From an uncultured Clostridia bacterium (GTDB lineage: Bacteria; Bacillota; Clostridia; Christensenellales; Borkfalkiaceae): 42,330 nucleotides of DNA. The stretch is from contig CAZACR010000001.1 of the NCBI GenBank assembly GCA_964483715.1, positions 1-42,330 on the forward strand, in the 5' to 3' direction. Both the position numbers and the translations under genes were made by a program. Positions 1 to 8,439 of the stretch are shown here, piece by piece. Each line of letters begins with the position of its first letter. The first letter of the stretch is position 1. The notes below the pieces were generated by a model. The model saw only the letters and a program-made list of their open reading frames with translations, did not search any database and was not told where the DNA came from.

Positions 1-698
1 AAAACGTAGTCCTTAATCTGCTCCTTGGGTACGATGTTGTGTACCTTTACCGCCTCCGCAAGTATGCCGCCGACGGTGCTTCTGGGGGGAAGCGAAGAAT
101 AAGGGTCCTGGAAAACTATCTGCATTTTCGTGCGTAAGGGGCGCATTTGTCTGGGTTTATACCCCGCTATATCCTCGCCTTCGAAGAAAACCTGACCTGC
201 CGTGGGCTGGTGAAGCTTTAATATCGTTCTGCCCATAGTGGTTTTACCGCAGCCCGATTCGCCGACTATACCTAAAGTTTCGCCGGGCATAATTTTGAAC
301 GACACGTCGTCCACCGCTTTCAACGTGGAGAGCGGCTTGCCCGTAATTGTTTTCTTTAATACAAAGTGCTTTTTAAGGTGTCTTACTTCTAAAATCGCTT
401 CGGGGTCGGGAGGAAGAAGTTTGTCCTCTTCTATCTTTTCGTCCCTTGCGGTCTGCTCTTTCGCAAGCTCCGCCGCATCGTCGAAATGAGAAAACTCGCC
501 TGCCGCTATCTGAGCGTCCAACTGCTCGGCGGTTACGCTTTCTTCCGCCGTCTCCGCTTCCGCGGGTTTTTCGGTTGTTTCCTTAGCCTCTGCTTCTACG
601 GGATTTTCAGTTGTCTCGTCAACAACGGGGGGCAGCTTTTCCTCTTCGGAAGACGCTTCAGCCTGCGTTGGTTTTTTATTGTTTTTCTGGTTTTGCAT
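1..698 (-). CDS. oppF: Opp/Dpp-type ABC transporter ATP-binding protein (OppF-like); 3' end cut by window edge
   Basis: Absent from the ORF track because it runs off the window. Manual reverse-complement translation from ATG 698-696 gives MQNQKNNKKPTQAEASSEEE...ILEVRHLKKHFVLKK...[75 protein letters not shown]. This shows Walker A (GESGCGKT) and the FQDP Q-loop typical of OppF/DppF. The start lies 1 nt after the oppD TGA (702-700), and it is the fifth gene in an SBP-B-C-D-F order. Confidence 0.85.
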   Translation of the reverse strand, partial: MQNQKNNKKPTQAEASSEEEKLPPVVDETTENPVEAEAKETTEKPAEAETAEESVTAEQLDAQIAAGEFSHFDDAAELAKEQTARDEKIEEDKLLPPDPEAILEVRHLKKHFVLKKTITGKPLSTLKAVDDVSFKIMPGETLGIVGESGCGKTTMGRTILKLHQPTAGQVFFEGEDIAGYKPRQMRPLRTKMQIVFQDPYSSLPPRSTVGGILAEAVKVHNIVPKEQIKDYV

Positions 699-699
699 A

Positions 700-2109
700 T
701 CAGTCTTCCTTTGTTCCGTACAAGTGGCAAGCAACAAAATGCGTAGGGCTTATCTGCACCATTTCGGGGTATTCTCCCGCGCACTTAGCCGTGCATTGCG
801 AACACCTTTCCCTGAAATAGCAGTTGTTAGGCATATCTACGGGGTTGGGTACGTTGCCCGGAATATTAAAAAGCTTATCTCCCGATGATTTCATAGTGGG
901 TTTGGATTTCTGCAAACCCTGCGTATAGGGATGGCAAGGCTTATGGAAAATTTCCGAAGCCGTGCCTTTTTCTATTATTCTGCCGGCATACATAACGACT
1001 ACGTAGTCAGCCATTTCGGCAATTACGCCCAAGTCGTGCGTAATGAGCAGAATAGAGCCGTTTATCTTCTTCTTTATATCGTTAAACAGTTCGAGAACCT
1101 GCGCCTGAATGGTAACGTCGAGCGCCGTCGTGGGCTCGTCCGCAATAATCAGTCTGGGTTCGCATGCAAGCGCCATTGCTATCATAACGCGCTGGCGCAT
1201 ACCGCCCGACAACTCGTGAGGATATGACGCGTAAACCCTTTCAGGCATCGCTATGCCTACCATATTAAGCATATCGATAGAGCGCTTTTTAGCAAATTCT
1301 TTAGTGGCTTCGGGTACGTGCAAAAGCGTAACCTCGTCCAACTGGTTGCCTATCGTAAATACGGGGTTTAACGAAGTCATGGGCTCCTGGAACACCATAG
1401 ACATCTGTCTGCCGCGCAGCCTGTACATTTCGCGGATGGGCATTTTCGCTATATCGAAAACGCGCTCTTCCATCTCGTACTTGCCTATACCGTCCTCGTC
1501 CCTTACCTGTTTGGGGCGCATTACGGGCTGTCCGTCCTTGTCGAGCTTGGGCTTGCCTGTTTTATCCGTTACGGGTTCGTAAACAATCTGTCCGTTGGCG
1601 TCTTTTTCGTAAACGGGGATAAATCTGCCGTTTTCGTCGCGCTTGAAATCGTTAGCTTTAAAGCGGATAGAGCCTTCAACTATCTGTCCCGTAGGACCTT
1701 GCAGCAAGCGCATAACCGACATCGAAGTTACGGATTTGCCGCAACCCGATTCGCCGACGACGCCTACCGTGGAATTCAAAGGTATGCTGAACTCAACGCC
1801 GTTTACCGCCTTGACTACGCCCTGGTCGGTAAAGAAATATGAATGAAGGTTTTCGATTTCAAGAATATTGTTATCATCCTTCATCTGTGTGATGTATTCG
1901 GATTCGGGCTTTTTGCGGTTCTTCTCTTTTTCGAGCCTGCGCATTTCAGCGGCGTTTGCCTTGGCGATTGCCCTTATTTCCTTACCCGTAAGGTAATGGT
2001 TGGAGCTGACTACGCCGTTATCTTCGCCCTCGCTACCCTTTTTGAAAAGCTTTAAAACTTTCTTTTTTGCGTTTAAAGCCGTGTTTTTGATTTTATCTAA
2101 TATTTCCAT
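700..2109 (-). CDS. oppD: Opp/Dpp-type ABC transporter ATP-binding protein (OppD-like) with an N-terminal extension and an internal insertion
   Basis: 469-aa ORF with ATG at 2109. Motifs: Walker [10 protein letters not shown]-loop [12 protein letters not shown], signature LSGGMRQR, Walker [14 protein letters not shown]-loop ITHDL, and the oligopeptide-type C-terminal HPYTQGL followed by a Cys cluster. The ORF starts 3 nt after the oppC stop. Confidence 0.93.
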   Translation of the reverse strand: MEILDKIKNTALNAKKKVLKLFKKGSEGEDNGVVSSNHYLTGKEIRAIAKANAAEMRRLEKEKNRKKPESEYITQMKDDNNILEIENLHSYFFTDQGVVKAVNGVEFSIPLNSTVGVVGESGCGKSVTSMSVMRLLQGPTGQIVEGSIRFKANDFKRDENGRFIPVYEKDANGQIVYEPVTDKTGKPKLDKDGQPVMRPKQVRDEDGIGKYEMEERVFDIAKMPIREMYRLRGRQMSMVFQEPMTSLNPVFTIGNQLDEVTLLHVPEATKEFAKKRSIDMLNMVGIAMPERVYASYPHELSGGMRQRVMIAMALACEPRLIIADEPTTALDVTIQAQVLELFNDIKKKINGSILLITHDLGVIAEMADYVVVMYAGRIIEKGTASEIFHKPCHPYTQGLQKSKPTMKSSGDKLFNIPGNVPNPVDMPNNCYFRERCSQCTAKCAGEYPEMVQISPTHFVACHLYGTKED

Positions 2110-2112
2110 AAC

Positions 2113-3192
2113 TTACCGCCTCTGCTTGGGATCGAGCGCGTCGCGCAAGCCGTCGCCTATGAAGTTGAACGCAAGTACGGCAAGCAAAATGCATATACCT
2201 GAAGGCACCCATACCAGCGGGAAGTTCTGTAAAATATCGCTTCGGCGCGAGATAACTTCTATCATCGTGCCCCACGAAGCATAAGGTACGGGCACGCCCA
2301 ATCCGAGATAGGAAAGCGTGGATTCGTACAATATCATACTGCCGAGCGACATCGTCATAGAAACGAGTATCTGAGGAAGTATGTTGGGGATAAGGTGTTT
2401 GAAAATGCGCCTTGCCGTAGAATAACCCATAGCTTCAGCCGCAACCATATATTCCTGTTCACGCAGATACAGTATCTGACCGCGCACAAGCCTTGCCATA
2501 CCGGGCCATGAGAATACGGATAGTAACGTCATCAATAAGTAAATATACGACGTGGCCGGAACGCCGTTGGCTTCCAGCACCGTACCTAAAATAAGCATTA
2601 GCGGCAAGCCCGGCAAGCATATTAGCATATCGCAAATACGCATTATGATATTATCTACCGCACCTCCGTAGAAGCCCGCAATACCGCCTAAAATTATACC
2701 GATAATCGACGTTAAAAATACTGCCAGAAAGCTGACTATAAGCGAAACTCGTCCGCCGTACATCAAACGCGCAAAAACGTCCATACCGATTTCGTCCGTA
2801 CCGAGAAGATGGTCGCCGGAAGGAGCGGCAAGATAGTTGATGCCGCCGCCGGTCACTACTATCTGTACAAATTCGCCGTCCTCGCCGTTAATAGTCGCAG
2901 GCTGTGAATAATTGATAGTACCCGTACGGTCGGTTTCGGTTTCGCCCCATTGCCGGTAAACGACGGGACCGAACCAACAGAATATGAACAGTGCAGCCAG
3001 AATTATTATGCCGGCAATAGAAAGTTTTGAACGGAAGAAACGGCGCAGAATCATACGCGTAGGCGACATAAGCTTTACGTTTTTGTCGAGCGGCGTTTCT
3101 GTTTCCGTTTCCGCCGCTACCGCTCCTTCAATTGCGGTTTCAGCGGGCTGAACTTCAACCTTTTCCTCTTCCAAAAGATTTTTATCTTCCAT
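2113..3192 (-). CDS. oppC: Opp/Dpp-type ABC transporter permease (OppC-like)
   Basis: The ORF track starts at a TTG (3210). I prefer ATG 3192-3190, which is preceded by AAGGAG (about 3203-3198) at good spacing and avoids overlap with oppB. Motifs: LLGTDEIGMDVFARLMYGGRVSL and EQEYMVAAEAMGYSTARRIFKHLIPN (EAA-loop region of the binding-protein-dependent permease family). Multiple hydrophobic helices. Confidence 0.9.
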   Translation of the reverse strand: MEDKNLLEEEKVEVQPAETAIEGAVAAETETETPLDKNVKLMSPTRMILRRFFRSKLSIAGIIILAALFIFCWFGPVVYRQWGETETDRTGTINYSQPATINGEDGEFVQIVVTGGGINYLAAPSGDHLLGTDEIGMDVFARLMYGGRVSLIVSFLAVFLTSIIGIILGGIAGFYGGAVDNIIMRICDMLICLPGLPLMLILGTVLEANGVPATSYIYLLMTLLSVFSWPGMARLVRGQILYLREQEYMVAAEAMGYSTARRIFKHLIPNILPQILVSMTMSLGSMILYESTLSYLGLGVPVPYASWGTMIEVISRRSDILQNFPLVWVPSGICILLAVLAFNFIGDGLRDALDPKQRR

Positions 3193-3202
3193 TTTTTCTC
3201 CT

Positions 3203-4192
3203 TTATGCAAGCTTTACGCGAGGGTCTACCAAGCCGTACATTAAGTCGGCAAGAAGCACACCCAGAACCGAAAGTATTGCAAGGAACATATTGTATGTCA
3301 TTATAACGGGAATATCGCCCTGCTGCATTGCCTTTAACGCATAGCTGCCGATACCTGTCAGGTCGAATACCTGTTCGGTAATCATTGCACCGGCAAACAG
3401 CGAAGGTATCAAGCCCGCAAGGCTGGTTACCAAGGGGATTAATGTATTGCGGAAAGCGTGTTTGTAAATTACCTTGCCTTCCTTTAAGCCCTTTGCACGC
3501 GCGGTACGGATATAATCGGAATTAAGTACTTCAAGCATATTGGTACGCGTCATACGCATTCTTCCGCCGATACTTAAAATTACAACTGTAAGTACAGGCA
3601 GGAATAAATGCCATATATAGTCCATAAATTCCGCAAAACCGTTTTCGAACGTTACGCCCGACGTAACCATACCCTGTACGGGGAACCAACCGAGTTTATT
3701 GGCGAATATATCCTTCAGCATCTGTCCGAAGAAGAACGACGGAAGCGATATACCCATAAGCACCAATACAGTTACAACGTAATCACGTATCGAATACTGG
3801 TGGGTTGCCGCCGTAATACCGAGAGGAATCGCAATCAAAAATTCAAACACGGTAGCAATCGCCGCAACTAAGAACGACGTACCTACTCTGTCCGCGTTGA
3901 AGATATCCGACAATACGGGGCGACCCGTAATAAAGCTCGTGCCGAAGTTGCCGGTTAAAATATTGCCAAGCCAATTAAAGTATCCGCTTATAATATTTCC
4001 GTCAAGCCCGTAAGCTTTATACATTGCCTGTTTCATCTCTTCCTGCACTTCCGCGCCGCCCGTGGTGAGTGCAATAATTTTCGCCTCAACAAAGTCCGTA
4101 GGCATACAGCGCAGAAGCGCGTACAGTATAAGAGAAACGCCAAACAATATTAAAATGGATATCAATAATCTTTTAATAATGTATTTAGCCAT
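3203..4192 (-). CDS. oppB: Opp/Dpp-type ABC transporter permease (OppB-like)
   Basis: 329-aa ORF with ATG at 4192. The N-terminus MAKYIIKRLLISILILFGVSLILYALLRCMP and the motif SDYIRTARAKGLKEGKVIYKHAFRNTLIPLVT are typical of OppB/DppB permeases. Confidence 0.92.
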   Translation of the reverse strand: MAKYIIKRLLISILILFGVSLILYALLRCMPTDFVEAKIIALTTGGAEVQEEMKQAMYKAYGLDGNIISGYFNWLGNILTGNFGTSFITGRPVLSDIFNADRVGTSFLVAAIATVFEFLIAIPLGITAATHQYSIRDYVVTVLVLMGISLPSFFFGQMLKDIFANKLGWFPVQGMVTSGVTFENGFAEFMDYIWHLFLPVLTVVILSIGGRMRMTRTNMLEVLNSDYIRTARAKGLKEGKVIYKHAFRNTLIPLVTSLAGLIPSLFAGAMITEQVFDLTGIGSYALKAMQQGDIPVIMTYNMFLAILSVLGVLLADLMYGLVDPRVKLA

Positions 4193-4206
4193 TTTTTATC
4201 CTAAAA

Positions 4207-6816
4207 TTATTTTATAAGTTCAAGTTCCCAAATCTTTTCCAAAGGTGAAGAATAAGGATTCATATCCTGCGAATTAGGATCGTCCGTCTTGGGAAGGCCC
4301 TTTATCGTCTTGCCGTTGTAAGCGTACAGATTCTGACGCTGATATATAGGCATTTCAACTGCCAAATCAAGAACCAAGCCCATAGCCTGTTCGTACAGTC
4401 CTATTCTGGTATTCCGACTATTGGTAGAACGAGCGTCCTCGATTATCGTACTGAGCTCATTGATAATCGAATACTCGGTACTGTACAGAGTGGTGTTCGC
4501 CTTTATTTCACGGTAACCCCAAGCGTATACGGAGGTCGCGTTGGAATTCTTGTGGTAAACCTGATACATATCGGGGTCAATAGTCGAACCCCAAGCAGCA
4601 GCCCATACTTCCAAAGAGCCTGTGGAAAGCTTTGTAAGCGCCTGGCTGTCAGCCTTTACTTCTACAGTCCAGCCCAAATCGTTGAGAATTTCCGCCGCCT
4701 GTTTGAATACGTTATAGGTAGGGTGGTCGGAAATAGACGCACCTGCGATTGTAAACTTGATTTTATAAGAAACGCTGCCGCTCGCCTCAGCCTGTCTCAT
4801 TTCGTCGCGAATCTTTTCTTTTGCCGCTTCCACACCGGACCACTGCGTATAGGTATGCTTGTTATTCTTTGACGTTTCGCCGTCGTCCTCGTACGGGTAA
4901 GCCCAGTTTACTTTAGACATAGGCCAATCAATCGTAGAGCAAGTACCTGCCGAGTAATACTGTATTGCAAGTCCCGGCTGCATTGCCGCCATTATTGCAC
5001 GGCGAACGTGAATATTGGGAACTTTGCCCGCGTTTATGCCGACATAGCCGTAACCGAGCTGCCAAGCCGCAAGGTATTCGTAGCCGCTATTGTGCATAGA
5101 AACAAGGCGGTCATAGTTATCTTTGGTAAATTGAGGCGTGATATAGTCAACCTGATTCTGTTCCAACGTATCGATAGCATTGGAAGAGCTTACTACACGC
5201 ATCTGTATCTTTTCGGTCTTAACGTCGAACATAAAGTTTTTATTAGCTTTATAGTAAACAACGTTGTTGGACCAGAATTCGGTATCTGCGGGGCTGTCCG
5301 CATTATCTCTATTGGTAGCCTGGTATGCGCCAGCGCCAAGAGGCACAGAGTTGTTTCTGGGCGACTGTATTACGCCGCTCTGGAAAGAAGAACTTGCATA
5401 ATCGACGCCGAACTTATCGTGCTCGATATCCACTTCTCTGCCGCTGTAATAGTGAACGGGCGCAACAGAGAAGCCGAAGTTATATATTGCTTTGGGGTCA
5501 ACGCCGTTTATAGTTACTTCCAGTACGTCGTATGCTTCGCTGTCCGTAGGAACGCCGTTTGCGTCGTGGCTGGTTGCAACTTTATAAGGTCTGCCGTTTA
5601 CGGTAACACTCGGCGTAGGGCTGGGATTATTTTCCGTTCTGTGACCGAGCGATTTGATACCGTCGATTCTGGGGAACTCCAAAGAGCCGTCGTCCTTTTT
5701 GTTTGCGGAAAGCAGAATTTCGGTCGCATCCGCAGCGTACTGCGTAGTCAGAGTGCCTGCCGTACCCCAATAAGTAAGCACGCCTTTAAGGTTTGTCTTA
5801 ACCGTATCCTCGTACACTCTGTTTATAGCCGCTTCCTGCGTCGTATAAGTAGTGGCATATGCCTCGCCGTTGAACTTTTCTATCTTGTCTTTTTGTTCTT
5901 TACCGTTAACCTTTTCATATTCTGGAGTGATGTAACCTTCATACAGGAAGAACTTGAAAATGTCGTTGGCAAGTTTGTCTTTCCATTCGCTGTAAGGAGG
6001 CGTGTTCAAATCGTAAGATTCCTTAGCCGCCCTGTAATCGGACTCCAACTCCTCTTTAAATGTTTTAAGAGTGAATTCATAGTCTTTAAGAAGCTGAGCA
6101 TTGAAGTCAAACGTGTCCTTCTCGTTTGCGGTTGCTACTGCGTCCATATAACCGGTGCTGACAGACCAATTTCTGATTGTTTCTCTCATTTTAGCATCAT
6201 CGGCGCTTAAGCTGGACGAACCAGGAACCTCGCCCGCTGTTTCGAAAACGTCAATCAGCTCGAAAATTCTCATCTGAGCGTTAGTATTAGCACTCTTTGC
6301 AAGTTCTTCTGCCTGCTTGTCGCTCTCGTTTTCACTGAGATTTTTTTGCAGTCTGTATTTTGCAAGACCCTTGATATCTATCGAGTACATGGTGGATGAA
6401 CCCGTGTATACGGGGTCGAGATACTCGTACATATTGAACAATACGTCGTTCATTGTCAAAGGTGTGCCGTCCGAGTACTTTATGTCGTTTTTGATAACGA
6501 ACGTGTAAACGGATTCGGTTTTACCGGCATTGTCTACTTCCTTGACCTCGTAATCCTTTACGACAGTAGCCAAATCGTCGCCTGCAACCGTTTTGCCTTC
6601 TTCGTTGGTCGAAAGCATGGAAAGCTGCGTCATACCAACTACGTCCATATCCGTGCCCGAAGTCGCATAGAACGGATTGAACAAACCGCTCAGCTCTTCA
6701 GTCATTATTACTATAGCGTCTTTTTTGCCACAGCCTGCGAGCGAGGGTACGCAACCTACGCCGACCGCACCGCACATCAGAAGCGCCATTGCACGAATCA
6801 ACTTCTTCTTTGTCAT
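4207..6816 (-). CDS. oppA: ABC transporter substrate-binding lipoprotein, family 5 (OppA-like), unusually large at 869 aa
   Basis: ATG 6816 is preceded by GGAGG. Signal peptide with lipobox SLAGC (Cys29). Family-5 SBP motif YTFVIKNDIKYSDGTPLTMNDVLFNMYEYLDP. The gene sits directly upstream of oppBCDF with a 14-nt gap. Peptide specificity is inferred only from family and context. Confidence 0.8.
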   Translation of the reverse strand: MTKKKLIRAMALLMCGAVGVGCVPSLAGCGKKDAIVIMTEELSGLFNPFYATSGTDMDVVGMTQLSMLSTNEEGKTVAGDDLATVVKDYEVKEVDNAGKTESVYTFVIKNDIKYSDGTPLTMNDVLFNMYEYLDPVYTGSSTMYSIDIKGLAKYRLQKNLSENESDKQAEELAKSANTNAQMRIFELIDVFETAGEVPGSSSLSADDAKMRETIRNWSVSTGYMDAVATANEKDTFDFNAQLLKDYEFTLKTFKEELESDYRAAKESYDLNTPPYSEWKDKLANDIFKFFLYEGYITPEYEKVNGKEQKDKIEKFNGEAYATTYTTQEAAINRVYEDTVKTNLKGVLTYWGTAGTLTTQYAADATEILLSANKKDDGSLEFPRIDGIKSLGHRTENNPSPTPSVTVNGRPYKVATSHDANGVPTDSEAYDVLEVTINGVDPKAIYNFGFSVAPVHYYSGREVDIEHDKFGVDYASSSFQSGVIQSPRNNSVPLGAGAYQATNRDNADSPADTEFWSNNVVYYKANKNFMFDVKTEKIQMRVVSSSNAIDTLEQNQVDYITPQFTKDNYDRLVSMHNSGYEYLAAWQLGYGYVGINAGKVPNIHVRRAIMAAMQPGLAIQYYSAGTCSTIDWPMSKVNWAYPYEDDGETSKNNKHTYTQWSGVEAAKEKIRDEMRQAEASGSVSYKIKFTIAGASISDHPTYNVFKQAAEILNDLGWTVEVKADSQALTKLSTGSLEVWAAAWGSTIDPDMYQVYHKNSNATSVYAWGYREIKANTTLYSTEYSIINELSTIIEDARSTNSRNTRIGLYEQAMGLVLDLAVEMPIYQRQNLYAYNGKTIKGLPKTDDPNSQDMNPYSSPLEKIWELELIK

Positions 6817-6835
6817 TTTTTTGCCTCCATTTATG

Positions 6836-8413
6836 TTAAACTGAATAAATTATTTCAAAGTTTTCTTTTTCGTCGTAATACGAACCATACGAATAAGATA
6901 CGGTACCGTCCGCCGCTATCGTCGCCTGGTTAGCCCTGTATTCGTAACGGTATCCTCTGCCGTTTATAAACCTGCTGCTTAAGAACCGCAAAGTGAACTG
7001 ACCGACTGCCTCCGGACCACGGCCTTCATACGTAAAAAGGTTAAGGACCGGTAAGTTTACCAACGGCATATTCACTACTTCTAATACACCGCCGTCCAGT
7101 TTTGAGTTCGTAATCGTTGCCCCGTTCTCTACTGAGCCTGCAAACAATCCCAACTTTACTACCAATGTTTTATCTTCTGCTTCTTCGCTCTTTTTTAATT
7201 CAATATTAATTGAAAGCGAAGGTGCTTTGAACGTGATATTTTCAAATACTGCCGATTGTGTTATCACACCGAACAATCCGCCGTATTCGTTGTATCTGTT
7301 AGTGTAAGTTGCCGAAATATTTTTGAACTCGCGCACCTGACTGTCCGAAGAATAGAACCTGCCTTTAAACTCGCCGGACATAAACACGGCAGGCCAGGTC
7401 AAATCGGTAAAATCAAGGTCGGAGGAAATCTCGTACCAACCCAGACTGTTGCCGTTTTCACTCAACTGCTTTGCGTTGGAAATTTTATACCGCTCGCCTT
7501 CTACGACTTCAACGTAAACGTTCTGAATCCTGTTAATTGCAGTCGCCGTTGCTACGTCGAGCGTGCCCTCGTGTTTCAGATATCCGTCGGTTATTTCCTG
7601 TGTACAAGCTTCGTCTTTATAAGCTTTGAAAAACGTAGTACCGCTGACCTTGGGGAATTCGTAAGTATCCTTTTGATTGTTATAAGTGTGCTTGTATTGA
7701 ACGGTTATGTCACCATCATTCCAAACGGGAAGGAAAATCGTATCGCGGTCAGACGTTGTCGACCCCGGAGCGTTTGTGGTTTTATAGTCGAACGAGTAAG
7801 TCGAGTTGGACTTTTCCCATTCGCCGTTTTCATTTTTGAAGTAATAATTGAATTCGTAATACTGCACCCAGCCGGCGTAGAGCGTAAACTCCTTTTTTCC
7901 TTCCGACTCTTCATAAGTAAAAGTATCGGTTTCAAAGTCCCACAAATCGTCGTACGTATAGGCGGGTTCGGAACTCTGCGGTTTTTCGTTGTTTTCCGTA
8001 CCCTTAATAACGTAGCCGTCGAGAGTTTCCGTTAATACTTCGCCCTTTTCGTTGATTACTTCGCCTTGCTCGTTTTTCATTATGTTGCGCGTAGCGTACC
8101 AACCGGTAAAGAAATGCTCCTGCTTGGTAAGAGTAGCGGGCTTCGGACGTACGGAACTCTGCGGCTCAGTCAGTTTTATCTCTATTTTGCCGTCCGCGCT
8201 CTTTTCGAATTCGTCGGGTTTATACAAATCCATAATCTTTGAGTTTTCGGATTCCAACATCTTACCGCCGTTGGAATCGTAAGTAATTTGAATTTTATAC
8301 CCTTGTGCTTCTAAATCGGGAATCGGACTTTTAGAGGTTGCGCATGCCGCAAGACCTGCGGCAAGCGTACCCAAACTCAATAAAGCCAAAATGCATTTAA
8401 GCTTTTTAAACAT
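6836..8413 (-). CDS. Lipoprotein of unknown function, with an N-terminal Flg_new-like repeat region and a C-terminal GLUG-motif-like module
   Basis: 525-aa ORF with ATG 8413. Lipobox LAAC (Cys24). Repeat motifs HFFTGWYATRN...FTLYAGW. C-terminal segment ISNAKQLSENGNSLGWYEISSDLDFTDLTWPAVFMSGEFKGRFYSSDSQVREFKNISATYTNRYNEYGGLFGVITQSAVFENITF matches, from memory, the pattern around GLUG motifs. No search was run. Confidence 0.75.
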   Translation of the reverse strand: MFKKLKCILALLSLGTLAAGLAACATSKSPIPDLEAQGYKIQITYDSNGGKMLESENSKIMDLYKPDEFEKSADGKIEIKLTEPQSSVRPKPATLTKQEHFFTGWYATRNIMKNEQGEVINEKGEVLTETLDGYVIKGTENNEKPQSSEPAYTYDDLWDFETDTFTYEESEGKKEFTLYAGWVQYYEFNYYFKNENGEWEKSNSTYSFDYKTTNAPGSTTSDRDTIFLPVWNDGDITVQYKHTYNNQKDTYEFPKVSGTTFFKAYKDEACTQEITDGYLKHEGTLDVATATAINRIQNVYVEVVEGERYKISNAKQLSENGNSLGWYEISSDLDFTDLTWPAVFMSGEFKGRFYSSDSQVREFKNISATYTNRYNEYGGLFGVITQSAVFENITFKAPSLSINIELKKSEEAEDKTLVVKLGLFAGSVENGATITNSKLDGGVLEVVNMPLVNLPVLNLFTYEGRGPEAVGQFTLRFLSSRFINGRGYRYEYRANQATIAADGTVSYSYGSYYDEKENFEIIYSV

Positions 8414-8439
8414 TTTTTATCTGTCCTTGACTTGTTACT

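Noticed and set aside
700-702. Possibility of genetic code 4 (TGA = Trp), given the Mollicutes-like features.
   Set aside because: TGA terminates ORFs exactly at gene junctions (oppD 700-702, LRR lipoprotein 21228-21230, 667-aa vWA 27265-27267, DUF58 29265-29267). Each is followed immediately by an RBS and the start of the next gene, which is consistent with code 11.
3193-3210. TTG start at 3210 for oppC and GTG start at 27252 for the 973-aa vWA gene, as implied by the ORF track.
   Set aside because: In-frame ATGs (3192 and 27249) sit at canonical distance from AAGGAG/GGAGG sequences, and for oppC the ATG removes the overlap with oppB. The upstream near-cognate starts cannot be excluded without N-terminal data.
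5008-6210. Long plus-strand ORFs antisense to the real genes: 400 aa at 5008-6210, 259 aa at 7256-8035, 196 aa at 19712-20302, 204 aa at 30405-31019 and 188 aa at 37833-38399.
   Set aside because: Each lies entirely inside a longer minus-strand ORF that has clear family motifs. Their translations are R/V/F/C-rich low-complexity strings with no recognisable motifs, and I saw no convincing RBS. Antisense frames of such genes are often open by chance.
6517-6531. The AGKT string (VDNAGKTES) in the SBP could be a Walker-A-like site, recalling ecto-ATPase activity reported for a mycoplasma OppA.
   Set aside because: It lacks the G-x4-GK[ST] spacing (there is no Gly five residues upstream) and I saw no Walker B-like partner. 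It is most likely coincidental.
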